Shown: piece after piece, positions 1 through 9,287 of the stretch
How positions within the stretch are numbered: the first letter of the stretch is position 1
How the letters are laid out: each line of letters opens with the position of its first letter
Source: Nitrosopumilus sp.
GTDB lineage: Archaea; Thermoproteota; Nitrososphaeria; Nitrososphaerales; Nitrosopumilaceae
Direction: 5' to 3'
Assembly (NCBI GenBank): GCA_965205215.1
Contig: OZ242041.1
Span: 1,312,001-1,376,000 of the forward strand
DNA length: 64,000 bases
Program-made: the position numbers and the translations under genes
The notes under the pieces: generated by a model
Told to the model about the DNA's origin: nothing
What the model saw: the letters and a program-made list of their open reading frames with translations, nothing else
Databases searched by the model: none

Positions 1-28
1 TCCCGGCTCTGGATGTGATTGTAGCACG

Positions 29-1738
29 ATGGCAAGCGATCTCGTAAGCGAAGCGCAACACATGTCGGGCGCAAAGGCGCTGATGGTGGCAATGGAGAGG
101 GAGGGTGTCCGACAGGTCTTTGGACTGCCCGGCGGCGCCAACCTGCCCATGTACGACGAGTTTGCAAGGTGCGACATACGGCACATACTGGTGAGGCACG
201 AGCAGTCCGCGGCCCACATGGCCGACGGCTTTGGGCGCGTCAGCCGCAAGCCGGGCGTGTGCTTTGCAACGTCGGGCCCCGGCGCCACGAACATACTGAC
301 GGGCATTGCGACCGCGCAAGCCGATTCTGCGCCCATGGTGGCGGTGACGGGACAGGTGCCCGTGTCCATGATAGGACGCGACGCGTTTCAGGAGAGCGAC
401 ATAATCGGCATGGCAAACCCGGTCGTAAAGTACGCGTTCCAGCCTCGTGCGGCATCGGAGATACCCGAGTCGGTCAGAAAGGGCTTTTTCATAGCCGAGA
501 CCGGCAGGCCGGGCCCCGTGCTGATTGACATCCCAAAGGACGTGCAGCAGAACGAGGCTGACATGGTGTTTCCAAACGAGTTCCAGATAAAGGGATACCA
601 CCCGTGGACCGACCCGGACGTTGCAAACGTGGAGCGCGCCATTGCCATCCTGCTCAACACGGAGAGGCCCGTGATACTTGCCGGCGGCGGCACCATAATC
701 TCGTCAGCTTTTGCAGAGCTTCAGGCGCTGGCCGAGCTCTTGATGATCCCAGTAGTCACCACGTTCAAGGGAAAGGGGGCGTTTCCAGAGAACCACCCGC
801 TGTCGCTGGGCCCCATAGGGATGCACGGGCACGCGGAGGCAAACCGCATCATAGACCAGGCCGACTGCGTGCTTGCGATAGGCACGAGGTTCTCTGACAG
901 GTCGGTCGGGACGTTTGAGGACTTTGAGCGCCAGCGCAAGATAATCCACATGGACGTGGATCCCGCGGAGATTGGGAAGAACCAGACTACGAGCGTGGCC
1001 GTGGTGGGCGACGTCAGGGCCTCTCTGCGCATCATGCTGAAGCTTTTGGAGAACAAGCCGCGCCTCGTAGAGGAGACCGCGTGGCTCAAGAACGCCAAGG
1101 AGACCAAGTCGTACTGGAAGGAAAACCTCAAGATACACCCCGGCGAGATGGGGGCGGCCAAGATACTCCGAAAGCTCCGCGAACTTCTTCCGGCCGACTC
1201 CATAGTGACCACGGAGGTCGGGCAGCACCAGATGTGGGCTTCCCTGTTCTTTGACGTGATACACCCGGGCACCTTTTTCAGCTCGACCGGGCTCGGTACC
1301 ATGGGGTGGGGGTTCCCCGCCGCGATCGGGGCAAAGGTCGCCAGGCCCGACGTACACGTCGTGGACATTGCGGGGGACGGCAGCTTTAACATGACTGAGA
1401 ACTCGCTTGCCACCGCGGTTCTCGAGGACATCCCGGTCATCGTGTTCCTGATAAACAACTACTCGCTTGGGATGGTGGCTCAGTGGCAGCGCACGTTCTA
1501 TGAGCGCCGCATGATCGGCGTGGATCAGGGCCGGTGTCCGGACTATGTCAAGCTTGCCGAGTCGTACGGGGCCCAGGGCATCAGGGCCCAGTCCCTGGAC
1601 GAACTGGGTTCTGCCATCAAGGCCGCCCTTGCAAGCGACGTTGCGACTGTGATCGACATACCTATCGACCCCGAGGAGGACGTGCTCCCCTTTGTGGCTC
1701 CGGGCACGCCGCTCAAGGACATGATACTCCCCTCGTGA
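29..1738 (+). CDS. ilvB: Acetolactate synthase large subunit
   Basis: FGLPGG, VRHEQSAAHMADG, TSGPGATN and the ThDP motif GDGSFNM. Confidence 0.96.
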   Translation: MASDLVSEAQHMSGAKALMVAMEREGVRQVFGLPGGANLPMYDEFARCDIRHILVRHEQSAAHMADGFGRVSRKPGVCFATSGPGATNILTGIATAQADSAPMVAVTGQVPVSMIGRDAFQESDIIGMANPVVKYAFQPRAASEIPESVRKGFFIAETGRPGPVLIDIPKDVQQNEADMVFPNEFQIKGYHPWTDPDVANVERAIAILLNTERPVILAGGGTIISSAFAELQALAELLMIPVVTTFKGKGAFPENHPLSLGPIGMHGHAEANRIIDQADCVLAIGTRFSDRSVGTFEDFERQRKIIHMDVDPAEIGKNQTTSVAVVGDVRASLRIMLKLLENKPRLVEETAWLKNAKETKSYWKENLKIHPGEMGAAKILRKLRELLPADSIVTTEVGQHQMWASLFFDVIHPGTFFSSTGLGTMGWGFPAAIGAKVARPDVHVVDIAGDGSFNMTENSLATAVLEDIPVIVFLINNYSLGMVAQWQRTFYERRMIGVDQGRCPDYVKLAESYGAQGIRAQSLDELGSAIKAALASDVATVIDIPIDPEEDVLPFVAPGTPLKDMILPS

Positions 1739-1742
1739 TTTG

Positions 1743-1850
1743 CATGGTGGTGATGAAGATGATGATGATGATTATGGTGATAACGACTAACATGGCAGCG
1801 GGTAAGACTGCGGTTACTGCCGCGACGACGACGACGACGACGACAACGGC
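1743..1850. repeat. Intergenic trinucleotide low-complexity tract (GAT/GAC)n
   Basis: gatgatgatgatg and cgacgacgacgacgacgacgac runs between ilvB and ilvN. Confidence 0.8.
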
Positions 1851-1892
1851 GTCCGCCGGCCTGCTTGATACGGGGATGACGGTGGCGCCATA

Positions 1893-2375
1893 ATGTGGGC
1901 AATCCTGTCCCTGGTGGTGGAGAACAAGCCGGGCATCCTGTTCAAGGTGACCCACATGTTCCGCGCGCGCAACTTTAACATCGATAGCATCTCTGTCGGC
2001 GTGATGGCCAATCCCGACTACTCGAAAATGACCATCACCACGTACGGGGACGACAAGCAGATAGATCAGATAGTAAAACAACTCGACAAGATGATAGACG
2101 TCATACGCGTGGACCGGCTTGATGAGAACATGACCGTGTTCAGGGAGCTGTGCATATTCCGTATAAAGGTGGGCAATGCAAGTGACAGCATGGAGATAAA
2201 CAAGATGGCCGGCGCGTACGGGGGAAAGATCCATGACGTAAAGCGCGACTCGATAATGGTGGAGCTGACGGCTACTCCTGACCAGATAAAGGCCTTTGAG
2301 GAGCTGGCCGCGCCGTTTGGAATCGTGGACGTGGCCAGAACCGGGGTGGCGGCGCTGCAGAGGAGCGGGGTGTGA
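1893..2375 (+). CDS. ilvN: Acetolactate synthase small regulatory subunit
   Basis: ACT domain LSLVVENKPGIL...FRARNFNIDSI; C-terminal VARTGVAALQR; follows ilvB. Confidence 0.95.
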   Translation: MWAILSLVVENKPGILFKVTHMFRARNFNIDSISVGVMANPDYSKMTITTYGDDKQIDQIVKQLDKMIDVIRVDRLDENMTVFRELCIFRIKVGNASDSMEINKMAGAYGGKIHDVKRDSIMVELTATPDQIKAFEELAAPFGIVDVARTGVAALQRSGV

Positions 2376-2376
2376 C

Positions 2377-4020
2377 ATGGAACCCGAGAACCGAACCGCC
2401 GCGGACGGCGGCGGAGGTGGCGATAACGGCAGCAGCAGCAGCAACGGCAACGGCACGAACCCGAGAAGAATCCGCATCTTTGATACCACCCTGCGTGACG
2501 GGGAGCAGACGCCAGGCATATCGATGTCGCCGGAGCAAAAGCTGGAGATCGCGCGCAGGCTTGACCGGCTCGGGGTGGACGCAATCGAGGCCGGCTTCCC
2601 GGTCATATCAAAGGGGGAGCACAAGGCAGTAAGCATGATTGCATCTGACGGACTCTCCTGCGAAGTCGCGGGCCTTGCGCGCGCAAACCGCAGGGACATT
2701 GATTCTGCCGCGGACGCCGGACTCCGGTACGTCCATACGTTTATCGCGACGTCCGACCTGCACCTGCAGTACAAGCTGAAGATGTCCCGGCAGGATGCGC
2801 TGCGGAGGGCAGTCGACGCAGTGGAGTATGCAAAGTCCAGGGGCATGCAGGTGGAGTTCTCGGCCGAGGACGCCACGCGCACAGACCGCAAGTTTCTCGG
2901 TGAGGTATTCTCGGCAGTGGCGTCTGCAGGGGCCGACCGGATTGACATCCCCGATACGGTCGGTTATGCGACGCCCGAGTATGTGGCGGCAATAACGGCC
3001 GACGCGATATCGGCCTCGGGGGGGCTTCCCATCAGCGTGCACTGCCACAATGACTTTGGGCTTGCGGTTGCAAACGCGCTTGCCGGCATCGGAGCGGGGG
3101 CCTCGTGCGCGCATGTTACGATAAACGGCATCGGCGAGAGGGCCGGCAACGCCTCGCTTGAGGAGCTGGCAATGGCCCTCAAGTGCCTCTCACACGGGAC
3201 TGACGATGGCCGCGGCAATGGCGTGCCTGGCGGGGCCACATACGAGACTGGAATCGTATCCGAGCAGCTCTACGACGTGTCTAGGTACATCTCAAGCGTG
3301 GTGGGGATACAGGTGCAGCCAAACAAGGCGATCGTGGGGGAGAACGCATTCGGCCACGAGTCCGGGATACACACGCACGGCATACTCAACAACCCGCTTA
3401 CGTACGAGCCGATAAGCCCGGAGCTTGTGGGGCGCCGGCGCTGGCTCCACGTGGGCAAGCACGCCGGCATACACGGGATGAACGCCATGCTGCAAGAATA
3501 CGGGATAGAGCCGGACGAGGAGCAGTCAAAGCAGATACTAGAGAGGGTAAAGGCGCTCGGCGACCGGGGCGAGTACGTGACCGATGTCGAGCTCCTGTCT
3601 TTTGCAAGCGAGGTGCTTGGCGATCGAGGCATAAAGCAGCTCGTGCACCTGACGGGTTTCTCAGTGTCCACTGGAATCGGCACCATGCCCTATGCGTTTG
3701 TAAAGCTTGACATCGACGGCGAGGAGTTCTACGGGACCGACTATGGGGTGGGCCCCGTCGACGCCGCGCTCAACGCAATTGAGCGCATAACGGACAGGAC
3801 GTCGGAGCTGCGCATCAAGGATTACGGGCTCGCGTCAATATCTGGCGGCTCTTCTGCGCTCTGCGAGGTTACCATATCCGTGGAGGACGCCGGCGGCAAC
3901 TCCGTCTCTGCAAAGTCGGTGGGGGAGGATATAGTCACTACGAGCGTAAAGGCCGTAATCGAGGGCATCAACCGCATCATGTTAAAGAATATGATGCAGG
4001 AAAAAACCAAACAAGACTGA
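2377..4020 (+). CDS. leuA: 2-isopropylmalate synthase / citramalate synthase family
   Basis: IFDTTLRDGEQTPG, HCHNDFG, NGIGERAGN, HESGIH and regulatory GVGPVDA; ATG 2377 chosen, just after the ilvN stop. Confidence 0.9.
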   Translation: MEPENRTAADGGGGGDNGSSSSNGNGTNPRRIRIFDTTLRDGEQTPGISMSPEQKLEIARRLDRLGVDAIEAGFPVISKGEHKAVSMIASDGLSCEVAGLARANRRDIDSAADAGLRYVHTFIATSDLHLQYKLKMSRQDALRRAVDAVEYAKSRGMQVEFSAEDATRTDRKFLGEVFSAVASAGADRIDIPDTVGYATPEYVAAITADAISASGGLPISVHCHNDFGLAVANALAGIGAGASCAHVTINGIGERAGNASLEELAMALKCLSHGTDDGRGNGVPGGATYETGIVSEQLYDVSRYISSVVGIQVQPNKAIVGENAFGHESGIHTHGILNNPLTYEPISPELVGRRRWLHVGKHAGIHGMNAMLQEYGIEPDEEQSKQILERVKALGDRGEYVTDVELLSFASEVLGDRGIKQLVHLTGFSVSTGIGTMPYAFVKLDIDGEEFYGTDYGVGPVDAALNAIERITDRTSELRIKDYGLASISGGSSALCEVTISVEDAGGNSVSAKSVGEDIVTTSVKAVIEGINRIMLKNMMQEKTKQD

Positions 4021-4282
4021 TGCCTGCCGCGCCGTCACAGGCTCGTGATATGCGCTGCCTGCCAGCTTGCAGGTAATCCCCTCCAGTATCTGCCCATGGA
4101 AACCCTTGCGGGCCGGCCTGCCGTGCCTAGCCCGTGCGCGATGCGGCGCGGGATCCGTATATATTCAGATCCCCTGCCGTAGGGTCTGAAAACACAGCCC
4201 GGCAGGCGTGAATTTCCAAGGAGCTGGAATCCCTGCGGGATCTGATCAAAAGCATTAAAAGTAACTCTACATATGCAATCAC

Positions 4283-4459
4283 ATGTCTCGTTGGAAGAAG
4301 GGAGCACGTGAATTTGAGATGAATGTAAACCACAACGGACTTGGAAGTCACCTGTGTAGGATCCCAAAGCCGATCATGGAGATGCTGGGGTATCCGGAGA
4401 AGGTAAGGTTTACCGTAAAGGGCAAAAAGGTCACCTTTGCTGCAGGCGGCGACCAATAG
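4283..4459 (+). CDS. Small AbrB/SpoVT-like putative DNA-binding protein (58 aa; not in ORF track)
   Basis: Hand translation MSRWKKGAREFEMNVNHNGLGSHLCRIPKPIMEMLGYPEKVRFTVKGKKVTF...; the IPKPI..LG motif is swapped-hairpin-like; AT-rich TATA-like site (attaaaag) ~25 bp upstream. Confidence 0.7.
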   Translation: MSRWKKGAREFEMNVNHNGLGSHLCRIPKPIMEMLGYPEKVRFTVKGKKVTFAAGGDQ

Positions 4460-4613
4460 CACCACTGCCTGCCTGCTGTTGACGCCACTGCATCACCTTG
4501 TTATTCACACGCCGCGCGGTAAACTGGCGCATTGCTGATGTCCGGCATGCCGGGCGCCGCCCTTCTGATTCGCGGCAGCCATACTGGCCGCCACAAATCC
4601 TAAATTTCATGCA

Positions 4614-5663
4614 GTGTTCGTGAATTCTGTGTATTCCATATCGATGATCGCCGGCGACGGGATAGGCCCCGAGCTCTCCGAGTCCGCGCTGTCCGTCATC
4701 GAGGCCGTCTCTGACGGGGGCGGCCCCGACCTTGACGTCGTACGCCTCGAGGCAGGCGACGGCGCGCTTGCTAGGACTGGTTCTGCCCTTCCTGCAGAGA
4801 CGCTCTCTGCCATACGCGAGTCTGACGCGTGCTTGAAGGCGCCCGTGGGTGAGTCTGCGGCTGACGTTATCGTGGTGCTGCGGAGGACGCTTGACCTGTA
4901 TGCCAACGTAAGGCCCGCCCGCTCGTACCCAGGCACCCCCGCGCTCAGGGACGACATTGACATGGTTATAGTCCGGGAGAATACCGAGGATCTCTACACG
5001 GGAAAGGAGTTTGAGGTTGACCGGGGCCAGGCTGCAGTGGCCCTGCGCGTCATATCGCACGAGGCGTCGACCCGGATCGCGCGGCACGCGTTTGAGACTG
5101 CCAGGCGCCGCGGCTCCAAGATGCGCGTCACGTGCGTGCACAAGTCAAACGTCATGCGCGTGACAGACGGGCTGTTTGCGGGCGCGTGCGCGTCCGTCGC
5201 AGACCACTATCCGGACGTCTCCTTTGATCAGATGTACGTGGACGCGTGCGCCATGAACCTCATACGGCAGCCGCAGGAGTTTGACGTCATCGTGACTACG
5301 AACCTGTTTGGCGACATCCTGTCTGACGAGTCGTCGCAGGTTGTGGGGGGGCTCGGAATGGCGCCCGCCGCAAACATAGGGGACAAGTTCGCGCTGTTCG
5401 AACCCGTGCACGGGGCCGGGTTTGACATTGCAGGCCAGAACGTGGCCAACCCGTCGTCGTTTCTGCTGTCCGTGTCGATGATGCTCGACTGGCTTGGCGG
5501 CCGCAACGACGACGAATCGTGCATGCGCGGCTCGGCCCTGATAGAGTCCGCCGTGCTGGGGCTTGCGCGGTCAGGAATTGCCACGACCGACGTGGGCGGC
5601 TCGTGCACCACGTCGGAGTTCACAAAGCACGTGGTGCGCAGGATAAAAGAGGGCGGCGTCTGA
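4614..5663 (+). CDS. leuB: 3-isopropylmalate / isocitrate dehydrogenase family
   Basis: GDGIGPE, RENTEDLY, HKSNV, NLFGDILSD, FEPVHG; true start may be GTG 4629. Confidence 0.9.
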   Translation: MFVNSVYSISMIAGDGIGPELSESALSVIEAVSDGGGPDLDVVRLEAGDGALARTGSALPAETLSAIRESDACLKAPVGESAADVIVVLRRTLDLYANVRPARSYPGTPALRDDIDMVIVRENTEDLYTGKEFEVDRGQAAVALRVISHEASTRIARHAFETARRRGSKMRVTCVHKSNVMRVTDGLFAGACASVADHYPDVSFDQMYVDACAMNLIRQPQEFDVIVTTNLFGDILSDESSQVVGGLGMAPAANIGDKFALFEPVHGAGFDIAGQNVANPSSFLLSVSMMLDWLGGRNDDESCMRGSALIESAVLGLARSGIATTDVGGSCTTSEFTKHVVRRIKEGGV

Positions 5664-5741
5664 CCGTCTCCTTTCTCCGCGGCCTTTGGCGCCTGTTCCG
5701 TCTCATTTGTAACTGCACGCCTTTGCTTCTGCCGTCTTAGG

Positions 5742-6107
5742 TCAGTCCCTGCTTTTGCCGCGCCGCCCTATATCCGAGTTGGGGGGGTTCAGCGACCAGA
5801 AGAACAGGGCCAGGCAGATGGGAATCATTATGAGCGCCGCGGCGACCAGCGATATGGTGTAGAACGTAGGGTCGAGTCCCGGCAGGAAAGGCCCTGGAAA
5901 GACCGCGTACAGCCACAGCAGCCCTGCAAATATGACGACAAGCTTGTTTCTCTTCACAAGCCGGACCCACCCCAGTCTCCTCTTGTCGATATAGCACCTC
6001 TTGCACCTCGACCTGTCGTCTGTCATGCACGACGTGCAGCAGCGCCTGTCGCAAAAGTAGCAGGTCCTGTCACCGAACATGGACCCGCAGAATTCGCACT
6101 CGGCCAT
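5742..6107 (-). CDS. Hypothetical membrane protein with N-terminal Cys-rich Zn-binding region
   Basis: Four CxxC pairs followed by two hydrophobic helices. Confidence 0.75.
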   Translation of the reverse strand: MAECEFCGSMFGDRTCYFCDRRCCTSCMTDDRSRCKRCYIDKRRLGWVRLVKRNKLVVIFAGLLWLYAVFPGPFLPGLDPTFYTISLVAAALIMIPICLALFFWSLNPPNSDIGRRGKSRD

Positions 6108-6211
6108 GTCTACTGTATGGCGGCGCCGCTTTTATGCGTGCGGCTCCCCGGCGTGCCCCCTGTCCGCAGCCTGCGGTGCACACATATTGTGGCGTACCTG
6201 CTGCCCGCGTG

Positions 6212-6343
6212 ATGGCCACCTGCTGCATCTGCAAGAACACGGCTGGGACCCTAAAGATCAAGGACGGCAATCCCGCATACAAGGGCAAGCCCGTCTGCAA
6301 GGAGTGCCAGGGGTACAGAAGACTGCTGCAGGAGACGCGCTAG
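6212..6343 (+). CDS. Small Zn-finger hypothetical protein
   Basis: MATCCICK...VCKEC, 43 aa; converges on the next gene. Confidence 0.6.
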   Translation: MATCCICKNTAGTLKIKDGNPAYKGKPVCKECQGYRRLLQETR

Positions 6344-6610
6344 CTATACTGCATTCGGTTCCGGACCGTACTGCCTGCGCTTGTTTTTCTCGGCCCACTC
6401 TTCGTACATGGAGATCAGGGCGTCTACGTCCTCCTTGTCCTCTGAATATGTTACAATCACGCCGAACGCGCCGTTCGAGTCGTGCCCCCTTGCAAAGTAT
6501 CCCCAGTAGCTGTCCGGCAGCTTCTCAAAGTTCTTGGAATCGTGCGCAACCCCGATCAGGTTGTTGCCCAGGGTCTCTGCCACGTCCTTTGCGTCCTTTG
6601 GATCTATCAT
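6344..6610 (-). CDS. Hypothetical protein (thaumarchaeal type)
   Basis: 88-aa ORF with protein-like composition. Confidence 0.7.
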   Translation of the reverse strand: MIDPKDAKDVAETLGNNLIGVAHDSKNFEKLPDSYWGYFARGHDSNGAFGVIVTYSEDKEDVDALISMYEEWAEKNKRRQYGPEPNAV

Positions 6611-6677
6611 GAGGCGCTATCTGCGCAATGTTCGAATAAACGTTGGCATGGCGGCCGCGCCTTTGTCCGCCGCGCCG

Positions 6678-7733
6678 TCAGCTGCCTTCTCTGGGCGGTG
6701 GCGCAGCCGCGTCGGGTTGGGTGGCCGTCTCCTCCTCCTCCTCCAGCCAGCACATGGCGTACCCGGTATTGGTCTCGAACTTTGGCGGGGGCGTGGTGCA
6801 CTTTTCCATGGCGTACGGGCACCTGTCGATGAACCTGCACTGTCTTGGCTCCTCGAAGAGCGCGGGCGGCACTCCTGCTATGTAGCTTGGCGGCCCGCCC
6901 CGCATCGTGGGTATCGACTTTAGAAGCCCCTGCGTGTACGGGTGCCTCGGGTTCTCGTACACTTCCTGCAGGCTGCCAAACTCCACTATCTGGCCGCCGT
7001 ACATTATGCCCACCACGTCTGCAATCTCTGAGAGGACTGCCAGGTCGTGGGTTATCAGTATAAACGACATGCCCTCGTCTGACTTGAGCGACTTTAGCAG
7101 CGATATTACCTGGGCCTGCACCAGCACGTCGAGGGCGGTGGTCGGCTCGTCGGCGATGACCAGCTCGGGCTTTAGCAAGAGCGCCATCGCAATGACCACG
7201 CGCTGCTTCATACCCCCGCTCAGCTCGTGCGGGTACCTGGACAGCACGGACTCTGAGAGGTTGACCTCCCTGACTGCGCGCGATATGGCCTCGTCCGCGT
7301 CACCGTCGTACCCGTGCCTTGAGAGCACTTCTGAGAACTGTTCGCGTATCGTAAAGACCGGGTCAAGGGAGTTCATGGCCCCCTGGAATATCATCGCGAT
7401 GCGCTTCCACCGAAAATCCGCGTCAAACCCGGACTCTGGCATCTCGAGTATGGACTCGCCGCCGCACACTATCCTGCCTGACGTCTCGACTGCGTCGGGA
7501 TCGAACATCCTCATGACTGCAAGCCCCAGGGTGCTCTTGCCGCAGGCGCTCTCCCCTGCAATCCCGAGGGTCTGCCCTTTTTTCAGCTCAAAGTCCACGT
7601 CGTGCACGGCGTGCACCATATTTCTGCCGCCCCTGGCACCGCCCCCCCTACCGTGCGTGCGGTATGCCGCAGAAAGCCCGTCCACGCGTATGAGGCTGCC
7701 CCCGTCCCCCGCATCGCGATCCGAGCCGCCCAT
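6678..7733 (-). CDS. Oligopeptide/dipeptide ABC transporter ATP-binding protein (OppD/DppD family)
   Basis: Walker A GESACGKST, LSGGMKQR, ADEPTTALD, HPYTQGL and the C-terminal Cys cluster. Confidence 0.92.
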   Translation of the reverse strand: MGGSDRDAGDGGSLIRVDGLSAAYRTHGRGGGARGGRNMVHAVHDVDFELKKGQTLGIAGESACGKSTLGLAVMRMFDPDAVETSGRIVCGGESILEMPESGFDADFRWKRIAMIFQGAMNSLDPVFTIREQFSEVLSRHGYDGDADEAISRAVREVNLSESVLSRYPHELSGGMKQRVVIAMALLLKPELVIADEPTTALDVLVQAQVISLLKSLKSDEGMSFILITHDLAVLSEIADVVGIMYGGQIVEFGSLQEVYENPRHPYTQGLLKSIPTMRGGPPSYIAGVPPALFEEPRQCRFIDRCPYAMEKCTTPPPKFETNTGYAMCWLEEEEETATQPDAAAPPPREGS

Positions 7734-7838
7734 TATGCGGTGGGCACGACCAATGGATATAAACAGCACGTAGGCAGCCTCACAACATGCAGCGCCACTG
7801 CCGCGCCGACCTGCGGGGGAACACGGGGTGACGATGCG

Positions 7839-9116
7839 GTGACGTTTGTGCGGACGCATGACATTGCGGACCTAGGCGAGGACATGATGGGCCGGACCGT
7901 CACGATATCCGGCTGGATTGAGGACTACCGGAAGATGGCAAAGCTCTCCTTTGCCACGCTCCGCGACGTAACCGGCCTCGCGCAGATAGTGATAAAGGAC
8001 GAAAACGTGCCGGAGCTCAGCCGCCAGAGCGTCATATCGGTGTCCGGCACCATACAGGAGACCAGGGCCAGGGACCATTCCTTTGAGGTTCTGGCCGACG
8101 AGATCGTGGTGCTTGCCCGGGCGTCCCACCCGCTGCCAGTCGACCCACTCGGGCGCCTTGAGAGCAACATTGACACCCGGCTCAACCACCGGGCGCTGGA
8201 CATGAGGAACCAGCGTACCGCGTCCATATTCAAGATGAGGCACCACGCACTGCAGGCGCTCCGCGGCGCGCTGACGTCAGAAAGGTTCATCGAGATTACG
8301 ACCCCCAAGATAATCGGGAGCGCGAGCGAGGGCGGGGCCAACCTCTTCTCACTGGAATACTTTGGAAAGACGGCATACCTTGCGCAGAGCCCGCAGCTCT
8401 ACAAGGAGCAGATGACCATAGGGCTGCAGAGGGTGTTTGAGATATCTAACTTTTACAGGGCCGAGAACTCGCACACGGGCCGCCACCTGACCGAGTTCAC
8501 CAGCGTGGACATAGAGGCGGCCTTCATGGACTATGACGACGTGATGGGGGTGCTTGAGAGGCTTGTCGCGTCGACGTGCAAACAGGTGGCGTCGGACTGC
8601 GTCGAGGAGCAGGACGTGATAGACTGCGTCGTGCCCACGCCGGAGGCGCCGTTTGAGAGGGTGACCTACGAGCAGTGCGTCGGAGAGCTGCGGGAGTGCG
8701 GCCAAGAGGTGGAGTTTGGTGACGACCTGCTCGACTCGCACCTCAGGCTGATAGGGCTCAACCATCCGGGCTTTTTCTTTCTGACCGACTGGCCGATAAA
8801 GCTAAAGCCGTTCTACATAAGGGAGAAGGACGGGCACCCGGAACTGTCGCGCTCGTTTGACCTGCAGTACGGGTACCTCGAGCTGTCCTCCGGCGGCACC
8901 AGGCTGCACGACCCGGAGACGCTGAGGTCCAGGCTTGCAGAGCAGGGGCTGGATCCCGCGCAGTTTGAGGATCATCTGGAGTCGTTTGGGTGGGGGATGC
9001 CCCCACACTCAGGCTGGGGCATGGGGCTTGACAGGCTCATGGCGGTGATGACCGGCGTGGACAATGTCCGCGAGGTCGTGCTGTACCCTAGGGATCCGGA
9101 CCGGCTGTCGCCGTGA
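7839..9116 (+). CDS. aspS: Aspartate--tRNA(Asp/Asn) ligase, archaeal type
   Basis: OB-fold N-terminus, LAQSPQLYKE, FYRAE, GMPPHSGWGMGLDRL, YPRDPDRLSP; GTG start chosen. Confidence 0.95.
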   Translation: MTFVRTHDIADLGEDMMGRTVTISGWIEDYRKMAKLSFATLRDVTGLAQIVIKDENVPELSRQSVISVSGTIQETRARDHSFEVLADEIVVLARASHPLPVDPLGRLESNIDTRLNHRALDMRNQRTASIFKMRHHALQALRGALTSERFIEITTPKIIGSASEGGANLFSLEYFGKTAYLAQSPQLYKEQMTIGLQRVFEISNFYRAENSHTGRHLTEFTSVDIEAAFMDYDDVMGVLERLVASTCKQVASDCVEEQDVIDCVVPTPEAPFERVTYEQCVGELRECGQEVEFGDDLLDSHLRLIGLNHPGFFFLTDWPIKLKPFYIREKDGHPELSRSFDLQYGYLELSSGGTRLHDPETLRSRLAEQGLDPAQFEDHLESFGWGMPPHSGWGMGLDRLMAVMTGVDNVREVVLYPRDPDRLSP

Positions 9117-9249
9117 CCGTCTGTCCGTGTCCTCATCCCGGCCGCTGCCAACTCCGGTTTTTCGGCGCTACTATCACAACAGCTGTCGCACTCATTCTGC
9201 CACCGGATGCGTGGCGCAGGCCGATTTTGCCGCGCAGTCGGGGCTGAAG

Positions 9250-9257
9250 TATAAATA
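9250..9257 (+). promoter_or_regulatory. Archaeal TATA box for the multi-Cache gene
   Basis: TATAAATA about 30 bp upstream of ATG 9288. Confidence 0.6.
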
Positions 9258-9287
9258 CAATCCTTCATATCGGTCATTGTACCAGAA

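Noticed and set aside
704-2948. Long antisense ORFs here and throughout the window
   Set aside because: Shadow ORFs of GC-rich genes with no recognisable motifs
6678-7733. Isolated ABC ATPase as a novel system
   Set aside because: Ordinary OppD-type sequence; partner genes are probably elsewhere in the genome
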